A DNA stretch of 64,000 nt from Dehalococcoidia bacterium (GTDB lineage: Bacteria > Chloroflexota > Dehalococcoidia > DSTF01 > JACRBR01). The DNA lies in assembly GCA_038227375.1 (NCBI GenBank), contig JBBRPY010000005.1, forward strand, positions 457-64,456. The letters are read 5' to 3'. Under the pieces are notes generated by a model, which had not been told where the DNA came from, searched no databases, and was given only the letters and a program-made list of their open reading frames with translations. The stretch's first letter is position 1. Each line of letters starts with the position of its first letter. The translations under genes and the position numbers were made by a program. This document shows, piece after piece, positions 58,211 to 64,000 of the stretch.

Positions 58211-59107
58211 CCGGATGGTGATTGGTGACTGGTGATTCGTCGCTTGTGACCACCGATGCGCCGTCAGGTGCAGATTGCCGTGAGGTCCCGCTGCAAGCGC
58301 CCGAATCAGCGTGGGGTCGTGGCCGAGGCACTCGTGCTCGACGAAGCGGAACACTGCCAACCACTGGCTGAAGCTCAAATGCGATGCCGGCGCGTCAGGC
58401 GCGAAGCAGTGATCGCGCGCGAGGCGCTTGACCTGGCGCGCCGTCAGCTCGCGGCGTAGCGTCGCCCAGAGCCCGTGCGTGAAGGCCGCCGTCGTCAGCG
58501 ACCGATATCGCGCGGCCGCCGTCGGCTCGACAAGCGGCACAAAGCGGCGTTCGATGCGCAGCAGCGCGCTTTGCACACGCGGCGGCGGCGTGAAGTTCCG
58601 CCGGTCGATGACGGCGACGATGGCGATCTCTGACCACGGCTTGTGCAGCAGCGAGAAGAGCGTCTCCCGCGGCGTACCGGCGAACTTCTCGGCCGCCTCG
58701 CGCTGCACGATGAGGGCGGCGATGTCGGGCGGACGCGCCGCGTGCAGCAGTTTGCGGACGACGGCCGCGGTGATGCCGTAGGGCAGGTTCGAGGCCGCGC
58801 AGTATGCGGTCGATGGCAGAGCGAACTGCAGGGCATCCGCCAGCACGCACTCGACGTTGCCACGACCGGACATCCGCGCGCACAGCATCGCGTGCAGCCG
58901 AGGGTCCTTCTCGATGGCGATGACGCGAAAGTCGGCGCTACATAACGCTTCGGTGAGCATGCCGTCACCCGCGCCGGGCTCGACGACGAGCGCGCCCGGC
59001 GGCAGGCGCATCCGCTGCACGAGGGCGCGCGCGACGGCGGCATCACGCAGGTAGTGTTGCGACAGTTCGGGGCGGCGATGGACGGTCCTGGAGTTGATGC
59101 GGCGCAT
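57803..59107 (-). CDS. rRNA adenine N6-methyltransferase family protein (KsgA/Erm-like) with apparent loss of its stop codon
   Basis: QHYLRDAAVARALV...VVEPGAGDGMLTEAL...ASNLPYGITAAVV. Homology ends near 58330. The frame then runs ~170 codons of R/G/Q-rich antisense-like sequence to a stop at 57803, overlapping the convergent gene by ~400 bp. Confidence 0.55.
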   Translation of the reverse strand: MRRINSRTVHRRPELSQHYLRDAAVARALVQRMRLPPGALVVEPGAGDGMLTEALCSADFRVIAIEKDPRLHAMLCARMSGRGNVECVLADALQFALPSTAYCAASNLPYGITAAVVRKLLHAARPPDIAALIVQREAAEKFAGTPRETLFSLLHKPWSEIAIVAVIDRRNFTPPPRVQSALLRIERRFVPLVEPTAAARYRSLTTAAFTHGLWATLRRELTARQVKRLARDHCFAPDAPASHLSFSQWLAVFRFVEHECLGHDPTLIRALAAGPHGNLHLTAHRWSQATNHQSPITIRLQQHLLRRAGRLAAEVVDQPALEFARLHFLDAGAGGVRQRLLHPGAVRRIGGVGIGGDVQHLRHMHRHRELPLAEAEQPAQLDLGPAEVERRVGEVQRQTQVVRLRSGRQQGGAEVGAAEVTRGAIEQPQLGIGG

Positions 59108-59410
59108 GCGGCACCTCCGGCCGGCGGAGGCGTCGTGTCGCACGAAACGCGGGAAACGGAAGGCGCGGCAACGACGCCGTCAGCAGGCACACAAACGAGA
59201 GTCCTGTGACAGGAGGTAAGACCGACTGAGGGATCAGCCGGGTGTCCGCGTTGAGCGGACCGTTAGCGTCGTAGGCGTATGATCGCGCACATCATTTCTT
59301 CGCACATGCTATCGACGGTCGTGAGCGCCGTCAATTCCGGGTGGGATGCGACGATGAGCGCCAATTCCCTAAACCTCGCCGCCCGCAACACTGCGGGCGC
59401 CGGCAGCAAG

Positions 59411-61018
59411 CTAACGAACGATTTCGCTGACCGGCACGAGCGTGCGCGCGAGCTCGCGCTGGTAGGCGGAGACGGCGCGCGCGATATCGTCGTCGCTCCA
59501 GCCGAGGCGCTGCGCCATGACGCGCGCGGCGCGCTCGGCGCCGTCGAGCGCGTGGCACTTGCTCCAGCCGACGGGCAGGCGCCGCAGCAGCACATCCGCG
59601 AGTGTCACTGCCTGCTGGCGATCGACGGCGTACGCAACCTGCGCCAGCAGCTCCGGATTGTGCGCGCAGATCTGCTCGCCCAGTGCGGGCTCGGCGGCGA
59701 TCAGCGCGCGCACTTCGTCCCCGCGCCGTCCGTACACCCCAAGCGGGTCTCGCTGAGGCCAAGGTCCAGCCTCCAGCCTCCAGCCTCCAGCTTCGCTCGC
59801 ATGCGGAACCGCACTCTCGCCCACACGCTCGCCGCTCGGCGCGACATGCTTCCGGATCGCCGCCAGCGTCATCCGCGACAGCGCGCGGTACGTCGTCAGC
59901 TTGCCGCCGACGATCGTCAGCAGGCCATTCGGGCCGCCGCGTTTCACGTGGTCGATGACGAAGTGGCTGCGCGAGATCGTGCTCTCATCGCCGCCGGTGT
60001 TGTATGGCAGCGGGCGGACGCCGCAATAGGTGTACAGCACGTGCTCGGGAAGCAGCGGTGTCGCGGGGAAGAGGCGGGTCGCCTCCCGCAACAGGTAGTG
60101 CAGCTCGTCCGGCGTGCAGCGGGCCTGCGACGGGTCGCCGTCGAAGCGCAGGTCCGTCGTGCCGATCAGCGTGTAGCGATACCAAGGCAGGATGAAGAAT
60201 GGGCGGCCATCCTCTTTCGCCGAAGCGAAGATGGCGTGTTCTGGACCGCCCGGCCACTCGACGACGAGATGGCTGCCCTTCGTGCCGCTGAGCAGCCGGT
60301 CGTGGCGCTCGGCGTCGCTGCCTGCGAGCACCTGCTCCACCCACGGTCCGGCCGCGTTCACGACGCATTTCGCCTCGACTTCGGCGCGGGCGCCCGTGCA
60401 TTCGTCGCGCAGCTCGACGCCGCGCAGCACGCCGCCCGGCGATATCAGGCGCACCGCCGCGACGTGATTGATCGCGGTGCCGCCCGCATCCGTCATCTCG
60501 CGCACCGATTCGGCGACGAGGCGCTCGGGGAACTCGACCTGCGCGTCGTAGAAGGTGTAGGCCGCGCTGAGCCCATCGCGGTTCAGGCCCGGCTCATAGG
60601 CGTCGAGGGCGCTCGATGGCATCGCCCGGTGACGCGGCAGCGACTTGCGGAACGAGAGCAGGTCGTACAGCGTCAGCCCGGCGCGCACCTTCCACGCCGG
60701 CCGCTCGTCGCCCCGATACACCGGCGCCAGCAGGCGCAGCGGGCGCACGAGGTGCGGCTCCTCGCGTATGAGTGTCTCGCGCTCCGCCAGCGACTCGTAG
60801 ACGAGCCCCACCTCGCCGTGCTCGAGGTAGCGCAGGCCGCCATGGATCAGTCGCGTCGCGCGTGCGGTCGTCCCAGCGCCGAAGTCAGCGCGTTCCACCA
60901 GCAGCGTCCGATATCCGGCGAGTGCCGCGGCGCGGGCGATGCCGGCGCCGTTGATGCCGCCGCCGATCACGAGCACGTCAAACGAAAGCTTCGCGATATC
61001 GCTGACGTCCGGCCTCAT
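59411..61018 (-). CDS. glpD: glycerol-3-phosphate dehydrogenase (FAD-dependent)
   Basis: [24 protein letters not shown]... dinucleotide-binding motif. Start at ATG 61016-61018, overlapping the glpK stop. Contains an in-frame (GCTGGAG)x3 insertion. Confidence 0.9.
   Translation of the reverse strand: MRPDVSDIAKLSFDVLVIGGGINGAGIARAAALAGYRTLLVERADFGAGTTARATRLIHGGLRYLEHGEVGLVYESLAERETLIREEPHLVRPLRLLAPVYRGDERPAWKVRAGLTLYDLLSFRKSLPRHRAMPSSALDAYEPGLNRDGLSAAYTFYDAQVEFPERLVAESVREMTDAGGTAINHVAAVRLISPGGVLRGVELRDECTGARAEVEAKCVVNAAGPWVEQVLAGSDAERHDRLLSGTKGSHLVVEWPGGPEHAIFASAKEDGRPFFILPWYRYTLIGTTDLRFDGDPSQARCTPDELHYLLREATRLFPATPLLPEHVLYTYCGVRPLPYNTGGDESTISRSHFVIDHVKRGGPNGLLTIVGGKLTTYRALSRMTLAAIRKHVAPSGERVGESAVPHASEAGGWRLEAGPWPQRDPLGVYGRRGDEVRALIAAEPALGEQICAHNPELLAQVAYAVDRQQAVTLADVLLRRLPVGWSKCHALDGAERAARVMAQRLGWSDDDIARAVSAYQRELARTLVPVSEIVR
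59765..59796. repeat. STRR-like heptamer array (CTCCAGC)x3-4 inside glpD, encoding ...[11 protein letters not shown]...
   Basis: tccagcctccagcctccagcctccagcttcg. Three heptamers total 21 nt, so the reading frame is preserved. Confidence 0.75.
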
Positions 61019-62508
61019 CGCGCCCAGCCCGTCGCGCGCTCGACCGCGCGGCGCCAGCCGTCCACCAGGGTGTCGCGCTCCGCCGCCGCCATCCGCGGTT
61101 CGAAGACGCCGCCGGAGCGCCACATCGCCGCAAGCTCGCGTTGATCCTGCCAGAACCCCACAGCCAGACCTGCCAGGTACGCCGCGCCGAGGGCCGTCGT
61201 CTCAGCCGTCGCCGCGCGCACTACCGGCCGCTGCAGCACGTCGGCTTGCATCTGCATCAGCAGGTCATTGGCGACGGCGCCGCCATCGACACGCAGCTCC
61301 TGGATGCGCGCGCCGGTCTCGGTCTCCATCAGCTCGACGACGTCCAGAGTCTGGAGGGCGATCGATTCGAGGGTCGCGCGGGCGATGTGCGCCGACGTCG
61401 TGCCCCGCGTGATGCCGACAATCGTGCCGCGCGCGTACATGTCCCAGTACGGCGCGCCCAGCCCGGCGAACGCGGGCACGACGTAAACGTCGCCGCTCGA
61501 AGGGACGGTCGCCGCGAGGGTCTCGCTCTCCGCGGCGGTCTTGATGACGCCGAGGCCGTCGCGCAGCCACTGCACCGCGGCGCCGGCGATGAAGATGCTC
61601 CCTTCGACCGCGAACTGCCGTGTGCCGGCGATGCGCGACGCTACCGTCGTCAGCAGCCCGTGCTCCGAAAAAACGGGCTCGCTGCCGGTGTGTTCGAGCA
61701 GGAAGCAGCCGGTGCCGTAGGTGTTCTTCGCTGTGCCCGCGTCGAAGCACGCCTGGCCGAAGAGCGACGCCTGCTGGTCGCCGGCGATGCCGGCGATCGG
61801 TATCGCCCGGTCGAAGATCTCGGGCGCCGTCTCGTCGATGACGCCGCTGCTGTCGATGATCGCCGGCAGCATCGCTTGCGGGATCGCGAGCTCCTTGAGC
61901 ATGCGCGCGTCCCAGCCGTCCTCGCGCAGGTTGTAGAGCATCGTGCGCGAGGCGTTGGTCGCATCGATGACGTGCACGGCTCCGGCCGTGAGCTTATGCA
62001 CCAGCCACGAATCGACGGTGCCAAACGCCAGCTCTCCCGCCTCGGCGCGCGCCTGCATGCCCTCGCCGGAGTGATCGAGTAGCCAGCGCACCTTCGTGCC
62101 AGAGAAGTAGGCGTCGATCAGCAGCCCCGTGCGGGAACGCACCTCGGCTTCGAGCACGCGGGCGCGCAGATCCTCGCAGATTGCGGCGGTGCGGCGGCAC
62201 TGCCAGACGACGGCGTCGTTGATCGCCCGGCCGGTGGCGCGGTCCCAGACCAAGGTGGTCTCGCGCTGGTTCGTGATGCCGATGGCGGCGATCTCGCCGG
62301 GCCCGGCGCTCGCAGTGGCCAGCGCCTGGCGCGCCGCGTCGAGCTGCGACGACCAGATCGCCTCCGGGTCGTGCGAGACCCAGCCGGGCTGCGGGTAGAC
62401 CTGGGGGAATTCGACCGCCGCCTGGGCGACGGGCGCGCCGCCGTGGTCGAACAGGATCGCCCGCGAGCTGGACGTCCCCTGATCGAGCGCCAGGATGTAC
62501 TTCGCCAT
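61015..62508 (-). CDS. glpK: glycerol kinase
   Basis: [21 protein letters not shown]... with FGGY kinase signatures throughout. 497 aa. Confidence 0.95.
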   Translation of the reverse strand: MAKYILALDQGTSSSRAILFDHGGAPVAQAAVEFPQVYPQPGWVSHDPEAIWSSQLDAARQALATASAGPGEIAAIGITNQRETTLVWDRATGRAINDAVVWQCRRTAAICEDLRARVLEAEVRSRTGLLIDAYFSGTKVRWLLDHSGEGMQARAEAGELAFGTVDSWLVHKLTAGAVHVIDATNASRTMLYNLREDGWDARMLKELAIPQAMLPAIIDSSGVIDETAPEIFDRAIPIAGIAGDQQASLFGQACFDAGTAKNTYGTGCFLLEHTGSEPVFSEHGLLTTVASRIAGTRQFAVEGSIFIAGAAVQWLRDGLGVIKTAAESETLAATVPSSGDVYVVPAFAGLGAPYWDMYARGTIVGITRGTTSAHIARATLESIALQTLDVVELMETETGARIQELRVDGGAVANDLLMQMQADVLQRPVVRAATAETTALGAAYLAGLAVGFWQDQRELAAMWRSGGVFEPRMAAAERDTLVDGWRRAVERATGWAR

Positions 62509-62620
62509 AGCGGCAGTTTACGGCGCGTCCGGGCTACAGGCTCATCGCGGCGATATCAGGTCTTTGCGATGCGCAATCCATGCGAGAGCGCGAGACGCTG
62601 CGCTGCTGAAGCGAATGTCT

Positions 62621-63754
62621 CTACACGCCAAACCAACGGCGCCGGCGGCTTGCGCCGAACTGCTCCTTCTCGCCGGCGAGTGCCGTCGAGGGGTCGAGGA
62701 AGCTGCCGGTCGGAGACGGTTGTGAGAGAAAGTCCACATCAACGCGCCCGACGCGGTTTGCTCCGAATTCAACGTAGCAAGCACCGGCGCCTGTATACGC
62801 CGGCGGTTCTTTGTCTCCCTGAAGCTCCGCTGTGATGGACGCGGCGACGACGCGCGCGGCTCCTTCGGCGAAGACGCCTGCCTTTGCTGTGCCTACACTG
62901 GTCACGTCGCCGATCGCATATACACCAGGGAACCGCGTCTTGAGGTTCTTGGGGTTGACCGGTATCCAGCCGCCCTCGGTCATGCCGCTCGCCTCGACCA
63001 CGGTCGGTACGCGATGCGTGGGAACTCCCAGAAACAGGTCGAAGGCCATCTCACTCTGGTCGTCGAGAATGGCCATTCGGTGCGCCGGGTCGAGCGCAGA
63101 CACGAGCCGGTCCGGGACGAACGTGATATCCCGCTCAATGAATGCCGCGAGCAATGCGCGTGAGGCGTCAGGCGACGGTGGAATCGGTACGCCGAACGGC
63201 ATGACGAGGCTGATCTTGCAGGCGTCGCGCACCCCGCGTTTGGTGAGGTCGTCGTGCAGCAACAACGCCGCTTCGCTTGGCGCTGGCGGGCACTTGAACG
63301 GCGTCGAGGTTACGCCGACGAGCGCGTGGCCCTTCGAGAACGTCGGGAGGATCTGCCGCAGACGCTCGGCGCCCGGGAGCGAGTAGAACTCGTTGCCAAC
63401 CTCGGCGAGACCGGGGGTCGCGTCCGTCTCGTAGTCGGCGCCCAGCGCCACGACGAGTACATCCGCGTCATAGATTCCTCTGTCGGTCGTCACGCGTCGC
63501 GCGACGGGATCAATCGCCGTGATAGTCTCATGCCGAAAGCGGACGCCAGGTTTCACAATGGTTTCGTATGCGAGGCGCACGGCCGCGGTGGTCTCCCGAC
63601 CGAACATCACGTCGAGTTTTGAGAAGCCAAAGACGAAGTGCTCGGACCGGTCGATAAGCGTCAGATCGAAGCCATCGGCGAACGTTTCGGACAGGATCGT
63701 GCTGAGCTCAAGTCCCCCGAACCCTGCGCCAAGAACCACCACGTGTTGTGCCAT
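62621..63754 (-). CDS. FAD-dependent pyridine nucleotide-disulfide oxidoreductase (sulfide:quinone oxidoreductase / NDH-2-like)
   Basis: VVVLGAGFGGLE dinucleotide motif and GVYAIGDV. AAGGAGGAG RBS 7 nt before the ATG. Confidence 0.75.
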   Translation of the reverse strand: MAQHVVVLGAGFGGLELSTILSETFADGFDLTLIDRSEHFVFGFSKLDVMFGRETTAAVRLAYETIVKPGVRFRHETITAIDPVARRVTTDRGIYDADVLVVALGADYETDATPGLAEVGNEFYSLPGAERLRQILPTFSKGHALVGVTSTPFKCPPAPSEAALLLHDDLTKRGVRDACKISLVMPFGVPIPPSPDASRALLAAFIERDITFVPDRLVSALDPAHRMAILDDQSEMAFDLFLGVPTHRVPTVVEASGMTEGGWIPVNPKNLKTRFPGVYAIGDVTSVGTAKAGVFAEGAARVVAASITAELQGDKEPPAYTGAGACYVEFGANRVGRVDVDFLSQPSPTGSFLDPSTALAGEKEQFGASRRRRWFGV

Positions 63755-63858
63755 CCAGGAACTCCTCCTTCGCCCCCAACGAGGCCAGATTCACCATCCG
63801 CGCGTCGTTCATCGCGTTGTTCATATGGAAGCGCGGGCTTGTTTCGGACCGGGAGCAC

Positions 63859-64000
63859 GGTCATGATAGGTTCTTCTGTTGCGGTAGGGCATAGACGGCA
63901 CCCGTTCCACGGTCGTGCCACTCCCGCCCTGCTGAACCGGAATGAAGGTCCGCCATCTCGTCCCAGTGCAGCCTGTTTGACTCGATGTACGTGTCGGCGT
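63859..64000 (-). CDS. partial CDS (C-terminal ~47 aa), hypothetical
   Basis: The minus frame reads ...ADTYIESNRLHWDEMADLHSGSAGREWHDRGTGAVYALPQQKNLS* with non-junk composition. Truncated by the window edge. Confidence 0.25.

Noticed and set aside
59279-61144. 621-aa plus-strand ORF antisense to glpD
   Set aside because: R/A-rich junk. glpD is strongly supported.
63661-63921. 86-aa minus ORF overlapping the SQR-like gene start and 5' UTR
   Set aside because: Overlaps the RBS and start of a well-supported gene in another frame. Composition is unconvincing.

Overview
This is a high-GC (~68-70%) bacterial chromosomal window, densely coding and mostly housekeeping. Identified genes include coaX-coaBC, lgt, resA/resB, rho, ilvE, uvrC, pcm, xerD, eno, glpK-glpD and one tRNA-Leu(UAA). 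Four things stand out. (1) A ~10 kb envelope-glycosylation locus: GT2, sugar nucleotidyltransferase, NAD-epimerase, a tiny membrane protein, three tandem translationally coupled GT-C paralogues, a fourth GT-C-like protein and an acyltransferase-3. (2) A low-GC Type II restriction-modification island: a PD-(D/E)XK endonuclease convergent with, and overlapping, a DPPY methyltransferase. (3) A rhodanese, two unknown proteins (one a Cys-rich zinc-ribbon-like protein) and a JAMM/MPN+ metalloprotease in a row, with no ubiquitin-like or E1 partner nearby. (4) Short repeats throughout the window. Two families are present: heptanucleotide tandem arrays (GTTGGAG/GCTGGAG/GATGTTG and others) resembling cyanobacterial STRRs, found in spacers and as in-frame insertions inside glpD and a DUF2344 gene; and REP-like hairpin elements (CCCTCTCCC...GGGAGAGGG). 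The heptamers also build larger palindromic elements that flank eno, and a ~105-bp minisatellite. Other notes: several AT-rich islets (a low-GC lipoprotein gene, a 600-bp island with an atypical-codon ORF, an R-M island); a frameshifted usp; a KsgA/Erm-like gene that seems to have lost its stop; and several genes whose homology-supported N-termini lack a canonical start codon. All calls come from reading the sequence and the ORF translations. No database searches were run.
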